Shown: positions 37,864 through 48,348 of the stretch, one piece after another
Numbering within the stretch: position 1 is the first letter of the stretch
Layout of the letters: the number at the start of each line of letters is the position of its first letter
From: a virus
Taxonomy: Duplodnaviria; Caudoviricetes
IMG/VR virus record: IMGVR_UViG_3300026077_000001
Direction: 5' to 3' (one strand)
Length of the DNA: 64,000 bases
Notes under the pieces: model-generated
The model's input: the letters and a program-made list of their open reading frames with translations, nothing else
What the model was told of the DNA's origin: nothing
The model's database searches: none
Made by a program: the position numbers and the translations under genes

Positions 37864-39363
37864 ATGAAATTTAATAACATCTGTATTGTCGGAGGTGGCA
37901 GTGCAGGGTGGATGACAGCATCAGTGCTACTTAAACATTTTGAGGGCACTAAAAATATTACGTTGATTGAGTCTCCTCTCGTAGGTTCTATTGGAGTAGG
38001 AGAGTCAACAACACAGCATTTCAATACATTTATTAGGTATCTGGAACTCGAAGATAAAGAGTGGATGCCAGCGTGTGACGCAACATATAAGAACAGCATT
38101 CAATTTGAAAATTGGGGTACTGACCAACCGTGGCAGTACCCTTTTGGTTCGTTTGATACTAATATTCCACCCTTAGACTATTATATTTGGAAGTACTATA
38201 GACAACCATCTAATTCATTATTTCAGAATGTATTCTCTAATGCTGCTGCAGTATCTGCACAAGGAAAATTATATACACCACACATAGAAAAGTTAGTTGG
38301 TTATCATATTGATGCTAGTAAGTTTGCTAAGTATCTAAAGGATAGTTTTTGTATCCCACGTGGTTTAAATTATATTAGTGAAACAGTAGATAGGATTGAC
38401 ACTGAGGGTGACAACATAACTAAACTAACTCTTGATGATGGTAGAGAGATAACTGCTGATCTATTCATAGACTGTACAGGATTCAGAGCAATATTGATGA
38501 ATCGTCTTGGAGTAGAGTGGGAGGATTGGAGTGACGTGTTACTCAATGACAGCACGTGGTGCACAAGAATGGATTACTGTGATAAAGAACGGGAACTTAC
38601 GAGCTATACACGGGTCACTGCACTGTCAAGTGGTTGGGTCTGGTCTGTACCAACTTGGTCTCGTATTGGGACAGGTTATAATTTCAGTTCAAAGTTTCAG
38701 GATAAAGCCTTTGCACTAAAGGAGTTTAAGGCACATTTAGGTTGTCCTGATGCACCAGATGAGAACTTTAGATACTTACGTTGGCCAACAGGTATGAGAG
38801 AACAGATATGGGTAGGTAATACAATAGCAATAGGACTATCTGCTGGTTTTATTGAACCATTAGAATCAGGTGGTTTGTTCTCAGTACACGAGTTCTTATT
38901 TAATTTCATACAGTTTGCTGATCCTAAGAGAGATTGTATATCAGGACTACAACGTGACTGGTTCAATGCAGCGTGTCACGTCAAGTTTATGACATTCAGA
39001 GATTTTGTCGTACATCATTTCACAGCAGCATACAAAGACGACACACCATACTGGGATGCTGCAACTTCAGTACCATTTCACACATTAAATAATATTGACT
39101 GTCGTGATGTACCAACAACATTAAATGATTTGTTTATTGGTATGCAGTTTGTGATGGCAGGTCTAGGTTATACTATTATTGGTAGGAAGGAAGTTATGGA
39201 TATGGAAGCACATTATGATCGAGAGTTTGGTGGTGACTTCTTACCCATCTTAGATGCTGCTATAGAGAAGAGGATTACAGAAGGTAAGGAGATCGCATCA
39301 TTTATGCCAAGACCCATTGACTATTACAATGATGTCCTATATAATACTGACGGTATCAAATAG
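37864..39363 (+). CDS. Flavin-dependent (tryptophan-halogenase-family) halogenase 1
   Basis: GGGSAG, IGVGEST, ATYK catalytic Lys, WVWSVP, FIEPLESGG. Confidence 0.9.
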   Translation: MKFNNICIVGGGSAGWMTASVLLKHFEGTKNITLIESPLVGSIGVGESTTQHFNTFIRYLELEDKEWMPACDATYKNSIQFENWGTDQPWQYPFGSFDTNIPPLDYYIWKYYRQPSNSLFQNVFSNAAAVSAQGKLYTPHIEKLVGYHIDASKFAKYLKDSFCIPRGLNYISETVDRIDTEGDNITKLTLDDGREITADLFIDCTGFRAILMNRLGVEWEDWSDVLLNDSTWCTRMDYCDKERELTSYTRVTALSSGWVWSVPTWSRIGTGYNFSSKFQDKAFALKEFKAHLGCPDAPDENFRYLRWPTGMREQIWVGNTIAIGLSAGFIEPLESGGLFSVHEFLFNFIQFADPKRDCISGLQRDWFNAACHVKFMTFRDFVVHHFTAAYKDDTPYWDAATSVPFHTLNNIDCRDVPTTLNDLFIGMQFVMAGLGYTIIGRKEVMDMEAHYDREFGGDFLPILDAAIEKRITEGKEIASFMPRPIDYYNDVLYNTDGIK

Positions 39364-39366
39364 ATT

Positions 39367-41049
39367 ATGCAAGTCAATAACGTTGTAATTGTAGGGGGTG
39401 GCACCTCTGGTTGGATGACCTGTGCTGCCTTGTTGAAACTATGCCCTTGGGTTAATGTTGTACTCGTAGAGAGTTCAAAGCATAAACCTATTGGGGTTGG
39501 TGAATCTACTTTAGGTCATTTCAATAAGTATCTTGATGCTCTTGGTCTTGAAGATAAAGACTGGATGGAGTATTGTAATGCAACCTATAAGAATAGTATT
39601 CAGTTCACAGATTTTAGAGAGAAAGGGACGACCTTTCAATATCCATTTGGTAAGTATAAGTTAGATAACACTGCTAATGGTATTGAAGATTGGTTTGACT
39701 TACAGAAGAGACATCCAGAAGAATATAATCCAGATAACAAGTCATTCTCTCAGTATTATAATCCTGAGAACGATACACTTGTAGCAAATAATAAGCAGTG
39801 GAATAGTGCTCAGACTCCAGAAGGATATATGGACTGGGATAACTATAATTTCCAGACAGATACAGCATATCATTTAGATGCTGAGAAGTTTGGTGAGTTC
39901 CTAAGAGATAGAGTATGTTATCCTTGGGTAGAGAAGAACAGGTTCACACACGTAATTGGTGAAGTACGTGGAATGATTAAGGATGTTAAACGTGGTGGAT
40001 CTCCTGCTGCATCTAACAGACAGATTAATCAGTTGGGTGTAAGACTAGACGCAGATAAAAAGCAAGTAGGAGTAACAGGAGATCTATTCATTGACTGTAC
40101 TGGATTTAAAGGTGCACTCATTGAAGGATTGATGAATGTATCATTCGAACCATTCAAAGATATACTTGCAAATGATAAAGCATTCTTTGCACGTTTACCT
40201 TATCTTGATATAGAACAACGTAAGGAAATGATGCATAATGTGACTGACTGCACAGCAGCAGAGAATGGTTGGATGTGGACTATTCCATTATGGGATCGTA
40301 TTGGTGTTGGTTATGCTTGGTCATCACGTTTTGCAATGGAACACGAGACAGAGCAAGAGTTCAGAAACTGGATCCAACGTAAGTTTGGACTAGAAGATGG
40401 TGAGTATGAGGTATCCTCTATTGATATAAAGCACGGTTATAGACAGAAAGCGTGGGAACTTAATTGTCTTGCTATTGGTCTATCATATGGATTTGTAGAA
40501 CCATTAGAATCAACAGGACTATTAACTACACACGAGAGTATCCTTAGACTGGTTGACATACTCAATAGAAGAAAGGGATACGTCACAAACATAGAGAGAC
40601 AATGGTATAATTATTGTGCACAACGTGAAGTAATTGGATTTGCTAAGTTTGTTGCTATGCACTATGCATTATCAATGAGAACTGACAATCCATACTGGAA
40701 GTGGTGTACACAACGTAATGATTATATGGATATTGAAACTATGAACAGTGGTAACATCAAGGTTAATGATAACTTTGAAAGGATGGGATCTATATTAGAT
40801 CACGCTGAACCATTGAATGCTAATATGCACGGTATGAACTATATTGCTGCAGGTCACGGATTACAATTAGGTACAAGATATCTAATGGGTAGTGAAGAGA
40901 ACGAGCACGCAATAGGAGTCAGTAAGGTGACAAGAGAAGAGTATATTGCTGGAGTGAAAAAATTTGTTGAGTCAGATGATTGTCCGACTCATTATGATTA
41001 CTTACTTGAAAACATTTATGGGGAAGACAATGTGGAATATCTTCCGTAA
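39367..41049 (+). CDS. Flavin-dependent halogenase 2
   Basis: GGGTSG, IGVGEST, ATYK, WMWTIP, FVEPLESTG. Confidence 0.92.
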   Translation: MQVNNVVIVGGGTSGWMTCAALLKLCPWVNVVLVESSKHKPIGVGESTLGHFNKYLDALGLEDKDWMEYCNATYKNSIQFTDFREKGTTFQYPFGKYKLDNTANGIEDWFDLQKRHPEEYNPDNKSFSQYYNPENDTLVANNKQWNSAQTPEGYMDWDNYNFQTDTAYHLDAEKFGEFLRDRVCYPWVEKNRFTHVIGEVRGMIKDVKRGGSPAASNRQINQLGVRLDADKKQVGVTGDLFIDCTGFKGALIEGLMNVSFEPFKDILANDKAFFARLPYLDIEQRKEMMHNVTDCTAAENGWMWTIPLWDRIGVGYAWSSRFAMEHETEQEFRNWIQRKFGLEDGEYEVSSIDIKHGYRQKAWELNCLAIGLSYGFVEPLESTGLLTTHESILRLVDILNRRKGYVTNIERQWYNYCAQREVIGFAKFVAMHYALSMRTDNPYWKWCTQRNDYMDIETMNSGNIKVNDNFERMGSILDHAEPLNANMHGMNYIAAGHGLQLGTRYLMGSEENEHAIGVSKVTREEYIAGVKKFVESDDCPTHYDYLLENIYGEDNVEYLP

Positions 41050-41833
41050 GAAGAAACCTTGGATCAGGTTCTTCTCACTTGAACCTGGTTTAGCAGAGAA
41101 CTATCCACTTATACCTGCATCATCCATTAAAAGACAATGGAAAGATAAGGAACATAAGGGTAGAAGGTGTCCTTTTATGGGTACACAAAATGTTGCTAAT
41201 TGTCCTGGTCTAAAACAACTCACACGTATGGGTTGGGTGGTAACCTCACCTATGGACTTCAGGATATTTACTAACAATGATGGTATCTCTTATAGATATG
41301 AACAGGTAACCAATTTTATGAGACACTCCAATTTTATTGGAGATCATCCACCTGATCAAACAGTTCCTTTATTGGAAGATAAAGAGTCAGGGTTCCCAGA
41401 GGATACCCTTGCTCACGTTATAAAACTTGAAACACCTTGGAGGGTTCGTGCTAGTGATGACATTGTATTTTTACAACTCCCAGTGTATTACAACAATGAA
41501 ACTAGATTCGAAGCAGTTGCTGGAATGTATGACCCAAGATTTGCAATGCAAGTCAACGTCCAACTCTTCTGGAAAGTCATTGACACAGGAGAAGATGGAG
41601 TCCTCGTCAAAGCAGGAACACCCTTAGCACAGTTTGTACCTGTGTTACGTGAACACATTGAAAAGGATTGGTATGATTTTGTTCAAGAACCTGCTGAACA
41701 AAAAGACTGGGACTTAGAAAACTCATTTAACTATTCATTAGCAGCAGAGTATTCAACTGAAGATACTGTTGCTAGGAAAATAGCAAGAGCAATGAGAGCA
41801 ATTAACTATCACTCTGATGGCAAAAAAAGATGA
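41030..41833 (+). CDS. DUF6065-like / degenerate dUTPase-fold protein
   Basis: CPG...GWVVTSPMD; GMYD...VKAGTPLAQFVP; start set at MWNIF. Confidence 0.55.
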   Translation: MWNIFRKKKPWIRFFSLEPGLAENYPLIPASSIKRQWKDKEHKGRRCPFMGTQNVANCPGLKQLTRMGWVVTSPMDFRIFTNNDGISYRYEQVTNFMRHSNFIGDHPPDQTVPLLEDKESGFPEDTLAHVIKLETPWRVRASDDIVFLQLPVYYNNETRFEAVAGMYDPRFAMQVNVQLFWKVIDTGEDGVLVKAGTPLAQFVPVLREHIEKDWYDFVQEPAEQKDWDLENSFNYSLAAEYSTEDTVARKIARAMRAINYHSDGKKR

Positions 41834-42562
41834 CTATTGATGAACTGATACAAAACTTCCACTTACAAAAGGAAGAACAATCTAAATTGATTGAACAACT
41901 AGATGAGGAATTTAGTAACAAGAAACTAAACCCTTATGGTGTGACCACTGTTGATTTCAGCAAGAGGTCAGAAGCATACAGTCAGAGATCAAGACTTGAA
42001 GGTGCTATTGACGCACTGTTTATGGTCAAACGTGATATACTAGGAGAGGAAGAAGATGTTAATATGCCATCATTCGAACTCGCTACCGAGGAGGATGATA
42101 ATATAGAAACCATAGGACAACGCACGGAGGACTAATGTCAACATACCACATATATCTTAAAGATCGTTGTCTATTCAAAGACCTTGATGATGACGAATTT
42201 AAAGTTATATGGGGTAGGTTATATCATTCCTATTGGGATGACTTGACATTTTCCGAGGTCAATGAACCCGCTAACGATTTAGAACCTAGTTACTAACTAT
42301 GTCAGTTTACAGAGATTATGAGATACGTATCAACCTCAATGAATTAATTGAGAAGCGTGTCCCTTGTTGTGATCTATTACATCCTGATCATTGCTTCTCA
42401 GCAGATCAAATATCACAGATAGCACACGACATTAATATGGATTTAGACCTGCATCCTGTTTATCATCAGATTGATGAACATATTATGAGATATGTAACAG
42501 CAGCAGGAATAGACAACTCAGATCACTGGGTTGAAAAGAAATTACCTGACCTTAAGGATTAA
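41830..42562 (+). CDS. Three small hypothetical genes (41830-42135, 42135-42296, 42299-42562)
   Basis: Tightly coupled ORFs; the middle one (MSTYHIYLKDRCLFK..., 53 aa) was hand-translated. Confidence 0.65.
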
Positions 42563-42564
42563 TT

Positions 42565-43143
42565 ATGTCACTCAAAGAAGCAACGTGGGAACACCACAAA
42601 AGAGCAGAAGAACAACCATTTGTAGGTATGATGTTTGGAGGTAAGTTACATCCAAAATCATATGCTATATTCTTATACAATCAGATCCAACAGTATGATG
42701 TATTAGAGGACACAGCATCAAAGAATGATGTACTAACAGGACTAGAAGATATCAATAGATATCCTGGTTTAGTTAAAGACTTCCAAGAATTATGGGGAGA
42801 GTATGGTGGAGAAGCAGAGATACCACCAACTTTAGAAACAACCAACGAGTTTACTAAGTACATTCTGGAGATTGATAAAGATCCTAGTTCAGAGAGTAGA
42901 CAAAAAAGATTGATGGCACACATCTACACACGTCATATGGGTGATCTTATGGGTGGACAGATGCTTGCTAAGAAAGTACCAGGATCTTCAGCAATGTATG
43001 AGTTTGCTGACCCAGAAAAACTGAAAGGTGCTATTCGTGCTAAACTAGATGATTCAATGGCAGATGAAGTAAGAGTTGCTTACAAGTTTGCTACCAGTAC
43101 ATTCAAGGAGATGCTACCTTACGCTAATGTCAAAGAAGAGTAA
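42565..43143 (+). CDS. ho1: Heme oxygenase
   Basis: LKEATWEHHKRAE (proximal His); AHIYTRHMGDLMGGQML; MYEF. Confidence 0.92.
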   Translation: MSLKEATWEHHKRAEEQPFVGMMFGGKLHPKSYAIFLYNQIQQYDVLEDTASKNDVLTGLEDINRYPGLVKDFQELWGEYGGEAEIPPTLETTNEFTKYILEIDKDPSSESRQKRLMAHIYTRHMGDLMGGQMLAKKVPGSSAMYEFADPEKLKGAIRAKLDDSMADEVRVAYKFATSTFKEMLPYANVKEE

Positions 43144-43297
43144 CGACACAAATTTCTGGTCTTCATTTATTAACTATGAAACTCATCCACCCACTCTTAA
43201 ACGTCTATCCAAAAAGGTTAGAGAAGAGACTGCCAAACGAGTCAAGCAGTTAAAGGAGAGAATGGATGAGTTTAATAATAACACCAGACGACCCTAA
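43127..43297 (+). CDS. Small hypothetical protein
   Basis: Start MSKKSND overlapping the ho1 end. Confidence 0.5.
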   Translation: MSKKSNDTNFWSSFINYETHPPTLKRLSKKVREETAKRVKQLKERMDEFNNNTRRP

Positions 43298-43880
43298 ACC
43301 AGTTGAGTACATTCCAAATTATGTTTGGAGACTCAACTATGATTTTGAGTATGAACAAGGTGGTTCATTACAATATGATATTGGGTCATTATTAGATACA
43401 GTTAAAAAGAATTCAGAACTAGAGAGCAACAACGCATTTAGTACAGCGTCAGCATCACTAGAACCTTATGCACCCCATAATTGGGAGTGCTTAGAGAAGT
43501 TTTTATATATTATTCACAAACAGTTGGTTCCAATTTGGAAGCACTGGGGTTATTTCGATTGTCGCATTGCACCACGTGAGTCTTGGATCAATATCCACAA
43601 GCGTGGTGGAATAACCACAGAGCATTTACACAGTCCCTGTCCTATGGTAGTCTCTTGTTATCTCAAGGCACCACGAGGATCAGGGAACTTTTTAATTAGA
43701 GATCCATTAGAGTATCATCGCTTTGGTTCTCCACAGGTACCAGAACAAAATTTATGGAGAGAGATACCAGTTCAAACAAATGACATACTGGTATTTCCTG
43801 GTTGGTTGAAGCACGCAACACAACCAAATAATACTGATGAAGATCGCATTAATCTATCAATCAATTATGAAGGTCATTAA
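43266..43880 (+). CDS. 2OG-Fe(II) oxygenase (TIGR02466-like)
   Basis: EHLH...FPGWLKH...RINLSIN. Confidence 0.82.
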   Translation: MSLIITPDDPKPVEYIPNYVWRLNYDFEYEQGGSLQYDIGSLLDTVKKNSELESNNAFSTASASLEPYAPHNWECLEKFLYIIHKQLVPIWKHWGYFDCRIAPRESWINIHKRGGITTEHLHSPCPMVVSCYLKAPRGSGNFLIRDPLEYHRFGSPQVPEQNLWREIPVQTNDILVFPGWLKHATQPNNTDEDRINLSINYEGH

Positions 43881-44385
43881 CAAACTGCTTCCAGAATTAT
43901 ATGCAGACAGAATTCACGAGATGATGTCAGGAATAAAATTCAACTGGCATTTTTTAGATGATATAACATATGCTAATGAAGGTCCACATCAACGAGGTAC
44001 ACCAGGATTTGCACACCTATTCTTTGATGAACAAGAGGGAATAGAATCAGAGTGTTTGGATTTTGTATATCCTATGCTCTTACACTTTATACCTAAGAAA
44101 CATAAACTACTGAGGATTAAGGGAGGGTTGCTTTTAAGTACCAAAACAGGATATAATAGACCACATATTGATTTTGATATACCACACACTACAGCACTAT
44201 ATTATGTCAATGATTCTGATGGTGAAACTATCTTCTTTGATGAAAATGGTACAATCACAGACAAGATTAAACCAGAGAAAAATAAACTCATTATTTTTGA
44301 TGGTTCTAAGATGCACGCATCGAGTTCACCTACCTACGCTACAAATAGAATTGTGATTAATTTTAACTATGTCTGTACTGATTAA
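43867..44385 (+). CDS. 2OG-Fe(II) oxygenase
   Basis: PHID, YYVNDSDGET, HASSSP, RIVINFN. Confidence 0.85.
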   Translation: MKVINKLLPELYADRIHEMMSGIKFNWHFLDDITYANEGPHQRGTPGFAHLFFDEQEGIESECLDFVYPMLLHFIPKKHKLLRIKGGLLLSTKTGYNRPHIDFDIPHTTALYYVNDSDGETIFFDENGTITDKIKPEKNKLIIFDGSKMHASSSPTYATNRIVINFNYVCTD

Positions 44386-45058
44386 CTACTACCAATACGA
44401 AGGTGCTGAAAATGTCACAGACATACTAGATTCACCTCTATCAATAGATGGTGTTGGCATTGAACCAGAGAGAACTCTGGATAAAATGCCTAAGACAACA
44501 CCATACTTAGATTGTCCTGCATTTACTCATAAAGCATCACGTGAGTGGATAGTATATGCACCTAAAGATATCACACTAGAGATTGATAATGATAATTCAC
44601 AAATAATATGTAAGCAGTTAAATGCTCAAGATTTAAACAGAACAGTACAGGTACAAAATAAGAGAGCACCAATAACAACATTACAATGTTGTATGCCTAT
44701 GTTAATATGTTGGACTTGTTGTAAAAATATATGGGTAGAGGTTAAAGATTATCCACTCACTTCACTTAATAATAATTTCACAGTAGTTCAAGGATGGTTC
44801 AATCTATCATCTTGGACACGTCCAATATCATTTGGGTTGAATATTGTTGACAATACTAAACCTGTTATCATTAAGCGTGGTGATCCATTATATAAAATAA
44901 ACTTCATTCAAGAGGGTAATCTCAATCAAGATTTTAGATTTGAAAAGGCAATGCCACCTGAAGATCTATTAATCCAAATGAATAAGAGAGTGAGGGTGAA
45001 GGGATTCATCAACAACTTAGCAAAGACTCTTATGTTTAAACAATGTCCATTCAAATAA
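44369..45058 (+). CDS. DUF6065-like / dUTPase-fold protein
   Basis: CPAF...W..YAPKD; GWFNLSSWTRP...IKRGDPLY. Confidence 0.55.
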   Translation: MSVLINYYQYEGAENVTDILDSPLSIDGVGIEPERTLDKMPKTTPYLDCPAFTHKASREWIVYAPKDITLEIDNDNSQIICKQLNAQDLNRTVQVQNKRAPITTLQCCMPMLICWTCCKNIWVEVKDYPLTSLNNNFTVVQGWFNLSSWTRPISFGLNIVDNTKPVIIKRGDPLYKINFIQEGNLNQDFRFEKAMPPEDLLIQMNKRVRVKGFINNLAKTLMFKQCPFK

Positions 45059-45741
45059 ACTATCTACAATATGAGTCACCAGACTGGTCACTTGATAGAG
45101 CACTAGACTCTTCATTGACACTAGATGGTGTTGGGTTTGAACCTGAGAGATATTATGATACGTTTGATCCTAGTAAAACAATATATCATTCTTGTCCTGC
45201 TTGGCAGCATAAGGTGAAACGGGAATTTGTGATACGGGCACCTAAGCATATTGAATTAAGAATGAATAGAGAAGAGCAGTTCATCACATCTAATATTGAA
45301 GGTGATCTGTTTCATCAAATAATACAACCACCACCAAATTGGGAGGTGGATCAGACATTTCAAATACATATACCTATCTTCTTAATGTGGACAAGATCAA
45401 AGAATGTATGGGTAGAACAGAAACAATGTAATGGTAATAACTTTAAGGTAGTAGAAGGATGGTGGAATCTATCTGATTGGTCACGTCCTATTGGATTTGC
45501 TATTAACTTTATAGATGAGTCTAAACCTATTATAATTAGAAGAGGAGATCCAATATATCGTGTAGCATTCTCTCAAGAGCATAACCATAATCAAACATAT
45601 AATATGGTTAAATCTACACCAACAAGTAAACAATTACGTGATGCACAAAAGAGAGTAGATACTAAGAATCTATTCCCTAGAATCACACACAATCTTATTT
45701 TTAACACGACTAAATGTCCTTTTAGATTATGGCAGAAATAG
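45043..45741 (+). CDS. Paralog of 44369-45058
   Basis: CPAW...RAPKH; GWWNLSDWSRP...IRRGDPIY; same C-terminal CPF. Confidence 0.55.
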   Translation: MSIQINYLQYESPDWSLDRALDSSLTLDGVGFEPERYYDTFDPSKTIYHSCPAWQHKVKREFVIRAPKHIELRMNREEQFITSNIEGDLFHQIIQPPPNWEVDQTFQIHIPIFLMWTRSKNVWVEQKQCNGNNFKVVEGWWNLSDWSRPIGFAINFIDESKPIIIRRGDPIYRVAFSQEHNHNQTYNMVKSTPTSKQLRDAQKRVDTKNLFPRITHNLIFNTTKCPFRLWQK

Positions 45742-46391
45742 TACCAACAACTATTATTGATAGATTTTTTGAGACACCAAGTTTAGTGCGAAAGTATGCA
45801 CAATCACTTGAATATTATCCTTGTACTGAACATCCAAACAGAGGGTATTGGCCAGGTAAGAGAACTAAACTCATACAAGATTTAGATCCTGTTTTTCACG
45901 AGATTATATGTAGAAAGATAATTAAATACTTACCAAGTTATCGTGCATTTGAGATAGCAGACGCAGCATTTCATATTAGTACAGGTGAGTGTGGTAGTGG
46001 ATGGATACACACAGATGATGACCATTTAGGAATTGGTGGTGTTATCTATCTTAATCCAGATATGACTGAGGATAGTGGAACAACAATATATGATGTACCT
46101 GCTGGTGCTGAAATGCAAGGATATGAAGAGGAGTTTCATAAGGCAATGGAAGCACAAGGTACTGAAGCGATTACTAACTTTGATAAGTATAAGGAGGAGT
46201 GTAATTCATATTTTAATGAGTCTATCAAGGTGCAAGCACGTTACAATCGTGCTATAATATTTGATGGACGTAAGTATCACGGAGGACAGAACTTCTATGG
46301 TTCTACATCTGATGATGCAAGACTAACCTTAGTATTCTTTGGCAGGGGAATTAATGACTACCAATCATATGACGCAAGATTTGAATGTTGA
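45729..46391 (+). CDS. 2OG-Fe(II) oxygenase-like (DUF6445-like)
   Basis: WPGKRT, WIHTD, GVIYLNP, YNRAIIFDGRKYH, RLTLVFF. Confidence 0.75.
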   Translation: MAEIVPTTIIDRFFETPSLVRKYAQSLEYYPCTEHPNRGYWPGKRTKLIQDLDPVFHEIICRKIIKYLPSYRAFEIADAAFHISTGECGSGWIHTDDDHLGIGGVIYLNPDMTEDSGTTIYDVPAGAEMQGYEEEFHKAMEAQGTEAITNFDKYKEECNSYFNESIKVQARYNRAIIFDGRKYHGGQNFYGSTSDDARLTLVFFGRGINDYQSYDARFEC

Positions 46392-47016
46392 TACTATACG
46401 TGATGGCAAATTATATGTCATTCGTAATGGTTTATCAATCGAGACTTGTGAACAATTAAAAATAGAATATATGATGATTAAGGATGTTGTCGAAACACAG
46501 TATTCGGGACCAACTTCTGATCCTATAATGCCAGGTGCATTTGCAATGTATTCACCAGTATGTTTTGAAGCAATGGGACAACACATACAACCACAGATTG
46601 AACAGGTGTTAGATACACAATTACATCAAACATTTAGTTATGCCAGAGTATATGTTAAAGGAACAAATTTAGTAAGACATAGAGATAGAACAAGTGGTGA
46701 ATGGGTTGCTAATGTGTGTATAACAAGAGACGATACTGATTGGCCCTTGTACTTAGAAATGGAGGGTAAATCACATCAAGTTCTTATGAATCAAGGAGAT
46801 ATATGTATCTTCCGAGGACATAAAGATTTCCACTGGAGACCTAAGTACACAGGTGAGTTACAGATACAAGCATTCGTATCTTATGTTGATGCAAATGGAA
46901 AATATGCTAAGAACAAATATGATGGACGACCAATGTTATCAATGCCTTGGGAGTCAGCAGCAGACTTCATTAAAGAAGAACAAGCAATGATTAACTCATC
47001 ACCCTACTACACATAA
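46354..47016 (+). CDS. 2OG-Fe(II) oxygenase-like
   Basis: LVRHRDR, WPLYL, GDICIFRG...HWR; exact start uncertain. Confidence 0.78.
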   Translation: MTTNHMTQDLNVDTIRDGKLYVIRNGLSIETCEQLKIEYMMIKDVVETQYSGPTSDPIMPGAFAMYSPVCFEAMGQHIQPQIEQVLDTQLHQTFSYARVYVKGTNLVRHRDRTSGEWVANVCITRDDTDWPLYLEMEGKSHQVLMNQGDICIFRGHKDFHWRPKYTGELQIQAFVSYVDANGKYAKNKYDGRPMLSMPWESAADFIKEEQAMINSSPYYT

Positions 47017-47017
47017 T

Positions 47018-47683
47018 ATGAAGTTCACAGTACAGTCACCATTTAAGACACAATTTAATAATATGCAAGACGTTATTGTCTTTGATGATATAATCCCACC
47101 AGTATATCAGAATTGGTTAATAGATTGTATTAAGAACCCTGATCTCAAATGGATGATTAAGGACAATGCAATTAGTGATTTATTTGAAGATGACCCTCGC
47201 AATGGATATTGTAATTTCCATTATTTGTATGAAGTAGAACAGGGTGAGTTATCACCATTATGCAACGCATTTATGCCTCTAGCATTACAGTTCAGAGATA
47301 AGTTAAAGGCAGAATCATTGCTTAGGATGAGAGTTAACCACGTACCTGCTTGGTGCTCTAACATCATTCAGTTACCACACGTTGACAGTTATGTCAAAAA
47401 CTCTTGGAATGTGGTATATTATATTGATAATTCAAATGGTGACACTATTATCTACAACGAGAGGACACAAGATCCCCAACAATATGTTGAGTTAGCAAAA
47501 CAGGATAAATTCACAGAAATGACACGAGTATCACCTAAGAAGGGTAGAGCAGTGGCATTCAAGGGTGATTTATTTCACTCATCAACAACACCAGTAGGTA
47601 CTTGGCGACCTGTTGTTAACATCAATTTAGCAGAGCAACCACCTACTGCTAATGACATCATTTACAATCCAAACAAAAAATGA
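47018..47683 (+). CDS. 2OG-Fe(II) oxygenase
   Basis: PHVD, YYIDNSNGDT, FHSSTTP, RPVVNIN. Confidence 0.82.
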   Translation: MKFTVQSPFKTQFNNMQDVIVFDDIIPPVYQNWLIDCIKNPDLKWMIKDNAISDLFEDDPRNGYCNFHYLYEVEQGELSPLCNAFMPLALQFRDKLKAESLLRMRVNHVPAWCSNIIQLPHVDSYVKNSWNVVYYIDNSNGDTIIYNERTQDPQQYVELAKQDKFTEMTRVSPKKGRAVAFKGDLFHSSTTPVGTWRPVVNINLAEQPPTANDIIYNPNKK

Positions 47684-48348
47684 CCTATAAAATTAAAGAT
47701 GGTGAGGACTGGGTATTGTACAGATCACCAGTTGTAGAGCACGAGCAAGAAGAAATGCTACGTCAACTAGGACGTGGTTATAGACTCTTCAAAGAGACAT
47801 TTACTGGTCTTGATAGTTCTTTAAGGCAAGAGGGTTTAACACTCGGTGCACTGCCATCTCTGTTCAATGTAGATCACGTTAAGAAGGATAGAGAGCACTT
47901 AGATAATATGGACACTAACTATTCTGGTTATCGGTTCTATAATCTATTTTCATTGACTGCACCATCACCATTATTCTGGTTATTGCTACAAGATATAAGG
48001 ACAGTAGTTAGAACAACGTTAGGAACTGATGAACCATTATGGATGCAATGTTGGGTTAATATGCACAAACCAAATGAAGTATTAAATTGGCACGATCATA
48101 AGTTTGATTATCACGGATATGTAAGTATTGACCCAAAGAACAGCATAACAAAATTTAGAGATAGTAGAGGTCCATTATATGAAATAAATAATGAAGTTGG
48201 TAACATTTATTTCGGACCTGGATGGGAACGAATGCACAAAGTATGTGTTAATGAAGAGTACGAAGGTAATAGAATTACCCTAGGATTTGATATAGAAACA
48301 CGAGGTGACTTACCAGACGACCAGTTCTCTCTTATCCCTTTACTGTGA
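47680..48348 (+). CDS. 2OG-Fe(II) oxygenase-like
   Basis: WVN...WHDH...HKV...RITLGFD. Confidence 0.7.
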   Translation: MTYKIKDGEDWVLYRSPVVEHEQEEMLRQLGRGYRLFKETFTGLDSSLRQEGLTLGALPSLFNVDHVKKDREHLDNMDTNYSGYRFYNLFSLTAPSPLFWLLLQDIRTVVRTTLGTDEPLWMQCWVNMHKPNEVLNWHDHKFDYHGYVSIDPKNSITKFRDSRGPLYEINNEVGNIYFGPGWERMHKVCVNEEYEGNRITLGFDIETRGDLPDDQFSLIPLL

